NCBI GenBank assembly: GCA_002069815.1
Contig: MWCB01000003.1
Span: forward strand, 1,438 to 65,437
DNA from: Tenericutes bacterium ADurb.Bin239
Lineage (GTDB): Bacteria; Bacillota_I; Bacilli_A; RFN20; CAG-826
Direction: 5' to 3'
Length of the DNA: 64,000 bases
The number at the start of each line of letters is the position of its first letter. Within the stretch, counting starts at the first letter, position 1. The notes beneath the pieces were generated by a model. That model was given only the letters and a program-made list of their open reading frames with translations, was not told the origin of the DNA and searched no databases. Shown here one piece after another: positions 9,035 through 18,212 of this stretch. The position numbers and the translations under genes were made by a program.

Positions 9035-9763
9035 TTATATGTTGATATGTTCAAAAATATAATTATCGGCTAGGGCTTTAGCCTTATTTTGATCTTCATA
9101 ATTAGCGATCGTCCAAGTAATAAGTGGTAAACGTTTGCGTTTTCTTTGAATCTTACGCTTATGTATATATTTTACTTCATAATTGAAGAAATCAGGCTTA
9201 GAAACTTTTAATAGCAACAATGAACGATACATAAAGTGGACAAATTTAGATTGTCCAGGAAGGACATCAGTCATTAATTGACCAACCGGAATGCCCTTAC
9301 TTCCTTTTTTAAGGTCACGGACGACATAAGGATTAAAGGATTGTAACATCAGCGTCTCCTTGTGCGGATATTCGCCCACAACTTTAAGAACTTCACTCAC
9401 TAGCGAAGAAGGAATATAATTCTCGGCTTTTACTTCCACTAAAATAGGGACGCGACCATCCACCATCTTTAAAACATCACGTAAAAGCGGTATTTCTGTT
9501 TTAGTTGACAATAATTTTAATTTTTTTAATTCTTTATAAGTCGATTCGTTAACGACTTTCTCAACACCCGTTGTTCGCGTAGTAGTGGTATCATGGATAA
9601 CCACGATTTTATCATCTATAGTTACATGCACATCTAATTCAATACCAAACCCAGCCTTAACAGCGGCTTCGAAAGCGGGCATTGAGTTTTCATCAATTTT
9701 AAGATTATGAAGACCACGATGAGCGAGGGGTGTTTTAAATAACGGGTGTTCTTTAATTCGCAT
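9035..9763 (-). CDS. Glycerophosphodiester phosphodiesterase (GDPD family)
   Basis: AHRGLH...ENSMPAFEAAVKAGFGIELDVHVTIDDKIVVIHD, the typical GDPD catalytic N-terminus. Confidence 0.85.
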   Translation of the reverse strand: MRIKEHPLFKTPLAHRGLHNLKIDENSMPAFEAAVKAGFGIELDVHVTIDDKIVVIHDTTTTRTTGVEKVVNESTYKELKKLKLLSTKTEIPLLRDVLKMVDGRVPILVEVKAENYIPSSLVSEVLKVVGEYPHKETLMLQSFNPYVVRDLKKGSKGIPVGQLMTDVLPGQSKFVHFMYRSLLLLKVSKPDFFNYEVKYIHKRKIQRKRKRLPLITWTIANYEDQNKAKALADNYIFEHINI

Positions 9764-9858
9764 GTATCTATTTTCACGAAAATAGTAATAAAAGTCAATT
9801 CACAGCCCTTTTTAGACTAAATTAGTCTATAATCTAATACTGTAAGGAAGGTCTATAT

Positions 9859-11067
9859 ATGGAAAAATTATTTGATCTCGTGGCGCTTGAAACTAAAAGG
9901 CAAAATGAAGGGCTGGAATTAATCGCTAGTGAGAACTTTACGAGCAAAGAAGTTCGGGCTCTTGCTGGTTCGATATTAACTAATAAATATGCAGAAGGTT
10001 ATCCAGGGCGCAGGTACTACGGCGGTTGTCATTATATTGATGAAATTGAACAAATGGCAATTGATTTAGCTAAAGAACTTTTTGGCGCAAAGTATGCTAA
10101 TGTTCAACCACACAGTGGTAGTAGTGCAAATATGATTGCCTACGCGAGTCTTCTAGAATTAGGTGATAACATCTTAACCCTTTCATTAGATGAAGGGGGA
10201 CACTTAACGCATGGCAGCCCAGTGAATTTCTCATCCAAATATTATAAAGTTACGCATTATGGTTTAAAGGATGACGGTACTATTGATTATGTAGCCTTAC
10301 GTAAAACGGCATTAAAAGTTAAACCAAAATTAATTCTTGCAGGATTCTCCGCCTATCCTTTTATTATTGATTTCGCGCGCATAGGCACGATTGCCAAAGA
10401 GGTTGGAGCGTATTTCATGGTCGATATGGCACATATCGCGGGTCTTATCGCTGGGGGCGCTCATCCAAGTCCATTTCCATACGCTGATGTTGTAACGTCC
10501 ACTACCCATAAAACTTTAAGAGGACCCAGAGGTGGTATTATTCTTACTAATAGTGAAGAAATTATTAAAAAAGTTAACTTTATGTGTTTTCCTGGAATGC
10601 AAGGGGGTCCACTTGAAAATATTATTGGCGCTAAAGCTCAATCATTCCACGAAGCATTACAACCTGAATTCAAAGAATATATTAAAAAAGTAGTGGAAAA
10701 TACAAAAGTGGCCAGCGAAACTTTGCGCAAACTTGGAGCCGTGGCTAGTAAAACTGAAACGCATCTCTTTTTACTGAACACCAAGAAGTCTTATGGTCTT
10801 ACTGGTAAAGACGCTGAAGCATTACTTGAAACCATTAAGATTACTACGAACAAAAACATGCTACCAAAGGATGATGAAAGACCAAATACTACATCGGGAC
10901 TTCGTTTAGGTTTCGCGGCGGTGACAACACGCGGCTTAACTAGAGTTAATGCTGCTGAGACGGTTACTATTATTCACGAATTCTTGAGTAAGAAGATTAC
11001 GAAAGAAGAAGCATTGGTGAGAGTCAATAAAATTGTGACCACTTTGCAGGCTATCGATAGTCTTTAA
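9859..11067 (+). CDS. glyA: Serine hydroxymethyltransferase
   Basis: [22 protein letters not shown] and [14 protein letters not shown] (PLP lysine) motifs. 402 aa. Confidence 0.95.
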   Translation: MEKLFDLVALETKRQNEGLELIASENFTSKEVRALAGSILTNKYAEGYPGRRYYGGCHYIDEIEQMAIDLAKELFGAKYANVQPHSGSSANMIAYASLLELGDNILTLSLDEGGHLTHGSPVNFSSKYYKVTHYGLKDDGTIDYVALRKTALKVKPKLILAGFSAYPFIIDFARIGTIAKEVGAYFMVDMAHIAGLIAGGAHPSPFPYADVVTSTTHKTLRGPRGGIILTNSEEIIKKVNFMCFPGMQGGPLENIIGAKAQSFHEALQPEFKEYIKKVVENTKVASETLRKLGAVASKTETHLFLLNTKKSYGLTGKDAEALLETIKITTNKNMLPKDDERPNTTSGLRLGFAAVTTRGLTRVNAAETVTIIHEFLSKKITKEEALVRVNKIVTTLQAIDSL

Positions 11068-11111
11068 GGGTGACTCATGGTATAATTTCGAATGTGAAAA
11101 GGAGTGATAAT

Positions 11112-12320
11112 ATGAAAAAATCATTAGTATATTTCCAATCAGGCGGACCAACCGCGATTATTAACACCTCAATGTATGGCGTCATTAAAGAAGCTAAGCG
11201 GCAAACCGAACACATTGATGGAATCTATGGAAGTTTACATGGTATTGAAGGTTTATTAAATGACAACCTTATTGATTTACGCAAGGAAGATGAAGCCCAA
11301 ATTGAATTATTGAAACAAACCCCAGCTGCGGCTTTAGGGACGACACGTTATAAACTTTCAAGTGATATTAATCATGAAGATTATCAGAAAATCTTAAGAA
11401 CGGTTAAAAAACATAACATTGGTTATATGTTAGTTAATGGTGGCAACGACTCAATGGATACTTGTTATAAATTAGCGACTTTCTTCCGCAAAACAGACGT
11501 GGATTGTAAAGTTATTGGTATTCCAAAGACCGTTGATAACGACTTAGCATATACTGATCACTGCTTAGGTTATCCAAGTGCGGCACGTTTCGTTGTGCAA
11601 TCAATTCAAGATATCGCTTTAGATAATAGAGTCTATCGAAAATCAAAACTTGTCATTGTTGAAGTTATGGGTCGTCACGCCGGGTGGTTAACTGCCGCCG
11701 CTAGTGTTATTCAAGACCCAGACTTAAAGCCAGACTACATTTATTTACCAGAAGAAAAATTTGACTTAGAAGAATTCTTGGCGCGAGCGAAAGAAGTTTA
11801 TGAACGTAAACAAAGAGCGTTATTTGTCGTAAGTGAAGGTATTGAAACTCAAATGCCAAATCTTGATAAAGCTGTTGATGCTTTTGGTCACGCTCAACTT
11901 GGTGGATTTGCGGCTAAATTAGCTGGCATTGTTGAAGAGCGCCTAGGTTATTCAACTCGTCCAATTGAATTTAGTTTATTACAAAGAGCGGGAACTTTAG
12001 CAATTACTGAAACTGACCAAAAAGAAGCGATTAAAGTTTCAAGTGTCGCGGTAAAACGCATTGTGGCAGGTAAAACAGGAGTCATGGTTATAATTGATCG
12101 TAAACCAGGACCAAAATATAAAGTTAGTTATAAACTCAAAAATCTTCGTGGTATCGCCAATGTTGAACACAAGATGACTCCGGAACTCATTCACGATGTT
12201 AACCATGGCGGGAAATTGTTTAGTGAATATCTCTTACCACTTATTGATAAACCAATTAAGCATCAATTGGAAAACGGCATTGCTAAATATACTAAACTTA
12301 AAAAAGTAAAAGTTAAGTAA
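11112..12320 (+). CDS. pfp: 6-phosphofructokinase, probably PPi-dependent type
   Basis: PFK family. NGGNDS (Asp at the Gly104-equivalent position) and IPKTVDNDL (Lys at the 124-equivalent position) match the PPi-PFK signature. Start at ATG 11112, with SD AAAGGAG and an extended -10 TGGTATAAT at 11078-11086. Confidence 0.8.
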   Translation: MKKSLVYFQSGGPTAIINTSMYGVIKEAKRQTEHIDGIYGSLHGIEGLLNDNLIDLRKEDEAQIELLKQTPAAALGTTRYKLSSDINHEDYQKILRTVKKHNIGYMLVNGGNDSMDTCYKLATFFRKTDVDCKVIGIPKTVDNDLAYTDHCLGYPSAARFVVQSIQDIALDNRVYRKSKLVIVEVMGRHAGWLTAAASVIQDPDLKPDYIYLPEEKFDLEEFLARAKEVYERKQRALFVVSEGIETQMPNLDKAVDAFGHAQLGGFAAKLAGIVEERLGYSTRPIEFSLLQRAGTLAITETDQKEAIKVSSVAVKRIVAGKTGVMVIIDRKPGPKYKVSYKLKNLRGIANVEHKMTPELIHDVNHGGKLFSEYLLPLIDKPIKHQLENGIAKYTKLKKVKVK

Positions 12321-12341
12321 TTAAGGCAAATAAGAAATAAC

Positions 12342-12366
12342 GCGGAGTAAAACTCCGCTTTTTCTT
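12342..12366 (+). terminator. Rho-independent terminator after pfp
   Basis: GCGGAG-taaaa-CTCCGC followed by a T-run. Confidence 0.75.
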
Positions 12367-12388
12367 TATTAAAAGTTATAATAAATGT

Positions 12389-13348
12389 ATGGAATGGGTG
12401 ATTTTAGGAATTATTATTGCTTTATTGCTACTAATCTCTACATATATTTGGACTGTATTGATTACATTCCGCCTTTTATTTAGACGTCCACTTAAGACTA
12501 AAAAGCTAGTTTTCCCAAAACCTTTTTTTGGCGATGATTTTGATAAGCACATTGACGGTATTCTTAAAGCTCAAGCTAGGTATGCCTCTAAGCTAAGTGA
12601 AGAAGTAGCGATACGTTCGAGCGCGGGGTGGCTAAAAGGGCGTCTTTTTGAAAATCCAAATAGTAATAAAATTGTTATCTTTGTTCATGGATATTATTCG
12701 TGGGGAATGCGTGATATTGGCTTTTTTGATACTCTGTATGACGATTTGAATGTGTCATTACTTGTAATCGATCAACGCGCAGCGGGCGAAAGCGAAGGAG
12801 TTTATACTTCGTTTGGAGCGCTGGAACGCTTCGACATCAGGGAATGGATTTTTTATTTAAATGGTCGCTATAATGGTGAAAAAGAAATATATTTACACGG
12901 TATCTCAATGGGCGCTGCCACTAGTTTACTTGTGACTGCTTTAGCAGCATTGCCACCAAGTTTTAAGGGAGTTGTTGCTGATTGCGGATTTTCGCGCACG
13001 GATGGCGTTATCTTTTTTGCTGGAAAAAAGATGCTTAAGATTAAGCCAAAATTGATGTTTTGGGGATTAAATATACTCGCCAAAACGGCAGGCGGTTTTA
13101 ATCTTAAAGACGTGAACGTAAGCAAAGAATTACACAAAAATACAACAATACCAATTTTATTTATACATGGCACTGCCGATCTATTTGTACCTTATAATAT
13201 GTCAGTTAAAAATTTTAAAGCAACTGGTGGTCCCAAAAAATTAGTAGCGTTCCCCAAAGCAGGACATTGCGAATCATATTTAACCGACAGCGAAAAGTAC
13301 ACTGAAGAAATGAGAAAGTTTTTATATGGAAAAAGAAAGATTCGATAG
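12389..13348 (+). CDS. Membrane-anchored alpha/beta hydrolase
   Basis: N-terminal TM segment, HGYYSW, nucleophile elbow GISMG, then HGTADLFVP and a GH near the C-terminus. Confidence 0.7.
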   Translation: MEWVILGIIIALLLLISTYIWTVLITFRLLFRRPLKTKKLVFPKPFFGDDFDKHIDGILKAQARYASKLSEEVAIRSSAGWLKGRLFENPNSNKIVIFVHGYYSWGMRDIGFFDTLYDDLNVSLLVIDQRAAGESEGVYTSFGALERFDIREWIFYLNGRYNGEKEIYLHGISMGAATSLLVTALAALPPSFKGVVADCGFSRTDGVIFFAGKKMLKIKPKLMFWGLNILAKTAGGFNLKDVNVSKELHKNTTIPILFIHGTADLFVPYNMSVKNFKATGGPKKLVAFPKAGHCESYLTDSEKYTEEMRKFLYGKRKIR

Positions 13349-14012
13349 ATTATTACAAATAGTGAGCGTAGAAGATCTAGCTAAAGTTGAGAGTAAAAGA
13401 ATTATCATTTTTGGTTTAGGCGGCGTTGGCGGCAGTGCTCTTGAAGCATTAGTGCGCGCTGGTTTTAAACATTTTACGATAGTTGATAATGACGTGATAG
13501 AGATTACTAATTTAAATAGACAACTCTTAGCTACAACTAAAACAATTGGTGTCCCCAAGATAAAAGTTGCTAAAGAGCGAATGCTTGAAATAAACCCAAA
13601 TTGCAAAATAAACGTCGTTTTTGCGCGGGTTCATTCTGAAAATATTGAAGATTTCAATCTTGAATCATTTGATTATATAGTGGACGCTATTGATAGTTTT
13701 GAAGATAAGATGGCGCTTATCGTGTATGCTGTTAAAAACAAATTACCAATCATAAGTGCAATGGGTGCTGGTAATAGGTTTGATCCTACTAAAGTGATTG
13801 TTACTAAAATTGAAAAAACAGAAGGCTGCCCGTTAGCGAAAAAAGTTCGTTATCACTTGCGACAAGAGAAACTAAAAGGATTAATGGTTGTTACTTCTCT
13901 AGAATTACCAGTCACTAGTATTGGTAATAAACTTGGAAGTAGTTCCTTTGTGCCACCGGCTTTTGGGTTAGCGATGGCAAGTTACATTTTTAGAAATGTA
14001 ATATCTAAATAG
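13326..14012 (+). CDS. tcdA: tRNA threonylcarbamoyladenosine dehydratase (ThiF/E1-like)
   Basis: IIIFGLGGVGGSALEALVRAGF...IVDNDVIEITNLNRQ. 228 aa. Confidence 0.75.
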   Translation: MEKERFDRLLQIVSVEDLAKVESKRIIIFGLGGVGGSALEALVRAGFKHFTIVDNDVIEITNLNRQLLATTKTIGVPKIKVAKERMLEINPNCKINVVFARVHSENIEDFNLESFDYIVDAIDSFEDKMALIVYAVKNKLPIISAMGAGNRFDPTKVIVTKIEKTEGCPLAKKVRYHLRQEKLKGLMVVTSLELPVTSIGNKLGSSSFVPPAFGLAMASYIFRNVISK

Positions 14013-14026
14013 TGTATGATTAATGT

Positions 14027-14968
14027 ATGAAAAGAACGCGTCGCTCATATGTATGGGAATTCTTAAAAAGCGCACGATACGTTTTTCGCTATAAGATTTT
14101 ACGGATTAAACCCCCTACTAATCGTATTGGTAAATACAAACGAATCACAATGCAAAAAAGTAATAACGCCATTGAAGAAGCAATTCTTAAAGGCGAACCT
14201 TTCGCGGCGATTCGGTTTGGCGCGGTCGAACTGAGCGCACTTAACAATTACGAAAAAATTAGATTAGGGTTTAGCCGTAAATATAAGAAATCAGTAGTTT
14301 ATAGTATTAAAAATAACGCTGGAGTATTTCCTGCTACTCAAGAAATGATTGAATTTTATGCTAAACATCTTGAATATATTTTGTCTGATACTGATTATCT
14401 AGGTGTAAGTGGTGTGCATATGGAAAATTATTTCTTTAAACACTTAACACCTCATGCTGTTCCAGTTCAAAACTGGTCGCTTGATCCACTTTTAGGAAAA
14501 TGGTCGCATCTATTAGCAGACAAACGCGTTCTAGTTATCTCTCCGTTTGCTGAACAAATTGAAGAACAATATAAAAAAAGACAATTACTCTTCCCAACCG
14601 AGCCAGAAATACTACCAGAATTTAAATTACTGACAATTCCCGCAGTATTAACTTCTGGAAGAGCCAACAGCAAAGATTTTGATAACTTTTTTGAAGCACT
14701 TGATCATTTAAAACTTGAAATACTAAAAAAAGAATTTGATATTGCCTTAGTCGGAGCGGGAGCTTATGGTACTCCGCTTTGTTTATACATCAAAAGTTTA
14801 GGTAAAATGGCTATTCAAAGTGGTGGTGCTACTCAATTACTCTTCGGTCTTATGGGTAAAAGATGGGAAAAAAGAGAATATGTAGCAAGACACGTTAATC
14901 CACACTGGACAAGACCGACAACTAAACCATACGGTCACAAAAACATTGAAGGAGGCTGTTATTGGTAA
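14027..14968 (+). CDS. Hypothetical protein, possible GT-D-fold (DUF1792-like) glycosyltransferase
   Basis: AAIRFGAVEL resembles the RFGDGE block and DIALVGAGAYGTPLCLYIKSLGKMAIQSGG resembles the second GT-D block. Sits at the edge of the glycan locus. Assignment by eye only. Confidence 0.35.
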   Translation: MKRTRRSYVWEFLKSARYVFRYKILRIKPPTNRIGKYKRITMQKSNNAIEEAILKGEPFAAIRFGAVELSALNNYEKIRLGFSRKYKKSVVYSIKNNAGVFPATQEMIEFYAKHLEYILSDTDYLGVSGVHMENYFFKHLTPHAVPVQNWSLDPLLGKWSHLLADKRVLVISPFAEQIEEQYKKRQLLFPTEPEILPEFKLLTIPAVLTSGRANSKDFDNFFEALDHLKLEILKKEFDIALVGAGAYGTPLCLYIKSLGKMAIQSGGATQLLFGLMGKRWEKREYVARHVNPHWTRPTTKPYGHKNIEGGCYW

Positions 14969-16353
14969 TGAAAGCAAAATTTAAGGAAAGTCGTCTAGCG
15001 CTGATTTCGTTATTTTTAGCTTTAGAAGTAGTGTTATTTATCGCGCTTGACTTTGGAAATGTAGGAAGTGTCTTTAAAGGTTTAGCATTTATCTTAGCCG
15101 CTATACTTGCTCCTTATTTCTTTGAAGAAATGAAATTAGATTTAGGACGAGGGTTGTATGTTTTATTAATGCCAATTTTATTTTATGCGCTTGTCACAAT
15201 GGTGGCTCCAGCCTACGGCTCTTATCCTGAAATGTATTCAAATGAAGTGTTTATGCGACTATCGTTTATTGCTAGACTAGTGAATTTATTAGGAGTGCTA
15301 GCACTTTTATTGTTAGGTTATTTTATTGGCAAAAGCGGGGTGTTTGCCACCAAACACATATATATTGTAATTCTTGCTGGGTTAGCAGCGCCGGTTTTAA
15401 TTTCACTTTTAGCAACTTTAATTAATTATGGTTTTTTCCACAGCTTATTATATAAAAATATGGTGACATATTATGGTGGGGAAGAATATGAAGTCATACA
15501 GCAAGCATCAATGTTATATGGATTTAAAATGATGACTGGTGATTTAGATGTGCTTGCAACAATGGCGGTAATTATTGCTAGTGCCGGTTTTGGTTTATTG
15601 TTTATAGGAAAAGACAAAGATAAGTTTACGCTGATTAGCTTGGCTATCGTAAGTGCTATTGGTGTTATTACTTTAATTCTAACAGGTTCATTTGTTGCTC
15701 TTTTATATTTATTACCTGCATTTATTTTTGCTTTACTTACTAAGTTTAATCTTCTTAAAAAGCTTAAGAATAAAATCACGTTATGGATTGTAGTTGGTTT
15801 AGTAGTGGTTGGTGTAATTGTTTTCGTTTTAACAGCGTATAATGTTTTCAATTTACAAACAGTATGGCAAAGCAATCGTGTTACGCGTAAACTATTATTC
15901 AACGGCTATATGCAACGCTTCTACATTGTATTTAAAGAAGCGGTGGGATTCCGTAATTTATATGGATACTTTATTACAATTATTTTAGGTGATAAGATTT
16001 TCCCCACCGGCAACTTCTTGTTTGATGTTATGTGGATGGATGGTTTAATTGGCTTTATCGCTTTATTTGCCTTCCTCGTTATGTTTGTTGTTCGATTAGT
16101 GAAGCACTTTATGAAAGATAAAGACGAAATGATCTTAAAGGTCGTTCTCATTAGTGTTTTACTTACAGCCTTTTTCCGTTTCATGCTCCATTATCCGTTC
16201 AACATCTTTATTTACAAAGAATTCAATGCCATTAATAATTTTCCGCTTATTAATTCACCCATATTCTTAGTAACCATCTTTACAGCGGGATATATCTTTG
16301 TTTTAAAAGAAGATAAAACAGAAGAGGAGGTAGTGCCTCATGAAGAAAATTAA
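14968..16353 (+). CDS. Polytopic membrane protein, Wzy/O-antigen-polymerase-like candidate
   Basis: About 460 aa with at least 10 TM segments and no soluble domain. TAATG overlap with the upstream gene, SD GGAGG. Glycan-locus context. Confidence 0.35.
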   Translation: MKAKFKESRLALISLFLALEVVLFIALDFGNVGSVFKGLAFILAAILAPYFFEEMKLDLGRGLYVLLMPILFYALVTMVAPAYGSYPEMYSNEVFMRLSFIARLVNLLGVLALLLLGYFIGKSGVFATKHIYIVILAGLAAPVLISLLATLINYGFFHSLLYKNMVTYYGGEEYEVIQQASMLYGFKMMTGDLDVLATMAVIIASAGFGLLFIGKDKDKFTLISLAIVSAIGVITLILTGSFVALLYLLPAFIFALLTKFNLLKKLKNKITLWIVVGLVVVGVIVFVLTAYNVFNLQTVWQSNRVTRKLLFNGYMQRFYIVFKEAVGFRNLYGYFITIILGDKIFPTGNFLFDVMWMDGLIGFIALFAFLVMFVVRLVKHFMKDKDEMILKVVLISVLLTAFFRFMLHYPFNIFIYKEFNAINNFPLINSPIFLVTIFTAGYIFVLKEDKTEEEVVPHEEN

Positions 16354-17320
16354 AAGGATTGCACTCCTAGTTGGAGTCCTCACAATTACAGGTTGTAAGG
16401 CAGTTACCGAAATTTTTGAAAAGGGTTCATTTTACACCAGTGTATTTAGTGAAAATTATTATCGCGAAATACCACAGCGTTATTTAAGCGACGATTACGC
16501 TGAAACAGTATATGCAATAGACGACCAAATAAATATCAATCAACCATTAGATAATGCTTTTGAAAATGCCATTAAACACGATTTAATTAGTAAAAATATA
16601 TCGCTAGAAAAAGTAATTGAACTTTATGGAAGTGACGCAACGAAAGCCATTAAAGCAAGTGATTACACTAATGAAATTGAATATATGGAAGCTGTCTTTG
16701 GTAGTCTTGGTAGTGCGGAAAACGCTAAGGCAAATTGGATCAATTATGCAAATAACAATAATCTTTCTAAAGGAAATTATAGTAAATCAATTAGAGAATC
16801 TTTTAAACGCGGTATCTTTTCAAAGTTAACTGACGGGAATATTAAATGTGATGGTAATGGGCCCAAAGCTAGAATTCAAATTGATGAAAGAGGGATGGGT
16901 CATACTTTTGATCATGAACTAATTAATTATCAACGCTTTATTATATCTGCTCGCGGAGGTAGTACTGTAAACTACGGAAACTATGGTGTTGCGCGAGTTA
17001 CAAAAGCAAAAGTAAGAGTCAACGTTAGTTTCTTTATTGAAAAAAGCACCACGAATGCCGCTAGTAAACATACTGTCACATTTGTGGTACCAGAGATGCA
17101 TAGTGATAATGAAGCTATCTTATTTTCCACAATTATTAGTTTTGATCTTAGCGAAATTTTAGGAGCAGAAACACTAAAAAGAGTTAACGGAATCACAATT
17201 AATTACGAATTATTAGAACACGCCTTTCTTAAGCCAGGCGGGGTACTTGATGAATCACTTGATGAAGAATTTGCCCTAATGGTTTATGAAGTTATGCTGC
17301 CTTATTCTTCGTGGCACTAG
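16340..17320 (+). CDS. Lipoprotein of unknown function
   Basis: Signal peptide MKKIKRIALLVGVLTITGC with a lipobox Cys. The remainder is hydrophilic. Confidence 0.6.
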   Translation: MKKIKRIALLVGVLTITGCKAVTEIFEKGSFYTSVFSENYYREIPQRYLSDDYAETVYAIDDQININQPLDNAFENAIKHDLISKNISLEKVIELYGSDATKAIKASDYTNEIEYMEAVFGSLGSAENAKANWINYANNNNLSKGNYSKSIRESFKRGIFSKLTDGNIKCDGNGPKARIQIDERGMGHTFDHELINYQRFIISARGGSTVNYGNYGVARVTKAKVRVNVSFFIEKSTTNAASKHTVTFVVPEMHSDNEAILFSTIISFDLSEILGAETLKRVNGITINYELLEHAFLKPGGVLDESLDEEFALMVYEVMLPYSSWH

Positions 17321-18212
17321 AAATATCAAACCATTCACTAATAATAAAATCAGCCTTATCGTCATCAAAAATTAAGGTCCCTTTTGCGGGAGTAAAAGTA
17401 AATTCGTTAAAATAAATTTTATCGTCCACTACAAAGAAATCAACACGACAAAATAATAAATCTTGTGCAAGAATTTCCGCGCATTTTACGAGCGATTCAT
17501 AGATTTTAGGTTTCTTTGGCAATATATCACTGCTTGACCAATGATTAAATTGAGCTTCAGGAAAAGGAGTAAAATCAATATATAAATTATCATAACGAAT
17601 ATCTTTACCGCGACCAGACACAACATATAAATATCGAGCTTTACCGTTAAAGACATGAATCTTATATTCAATGGGTAAACTTTCCGTTTCCCCTACATAT
17701 TCTTCAATTATTAAACGGGGTTTAATTTTAGAATAATGTGGCTCCACTGTTTTTTTACCATAATCCGTCTTAAGCCATTTGTGTAACTTTTTTTGGAGTT
17801 CTCCAAGATCTAATTTATCTTTATCAAGACAAATATGATTTAAGGCACAGGCATGCGTCGCTTTAATTACAAATCGCTTCGGTAATTTATCAAACGGGAC
17901 ATCTTCGACTTTGTCATAGATTCCGACGATTGGAATAAGAAGAGAATCTAACTTGTGTTCCTTTACTCTCTCGCGCGCGCCGTCGCGCGAAGCGGCTTTA
18001 ATCACAGTTTTATTATACGGATAGTAATAAAGACGCAAGTATTGGAGTTTTTCAGTGTAACGTCTTAAATTTTTCCAATCTAAACGGTGACCAGTGATGT
18101 AACGATATTGCCAAGAAATATACGCTTTCTTTGAAAGCATACGTAAAACTGGTTGAATGCTTTTAGCGATAAAGCGTTTAAATTTATTTTCTTTAAAATT
18201 AGGATTCGCCAT
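17292..18212 (-). CDS. TupA-like ATP-grasp protein (glycan-modifying ligase family)
   Basis: Blocks KLQYLRLYY, RFVIKATHACALN, PRLIIEEY, EYKIHVFNGKARYLYVV and CRVDFFVVDDKIYFNEFTFTPAKG match the ATPgrasp_TupA pattern. Confidence 0.7.
   Translation of the reverse strand: MANPNFKENKFKRFIAKSIQPVLRMLSKKAYISWQYRYITGHRLDWKNLRRYTEKLQYLRLYYYPYNKTVIKAASRDGARERVKEHKLDSLLIPIVGIYDKVEDVPFDKLPKRFVIKATHACALNHICLDKDKLDLGELQKKLHKWLKTDYGKKTVEPHYSKIKPRLIIEEYVGETESLPIEYKIHVFNGKARYLYVVSGRGKDIRYDNLYIDFTPFPEAQFNHWSSSDILPKKPKIYESLVKCAEILAQDLLFCRVDFFVVDDKIYFNEFTFTPAKGTLIFDDDKADFIISEWFDISSATKNKAA

Noticed and set aside
15471-16184. Minus-strand ORFs (143 aa and 87 aa) opposite the Wzy-like membrane gene
   Set aside because: They are antisense artefacts of AT-rich hydrophobic coding sequence.
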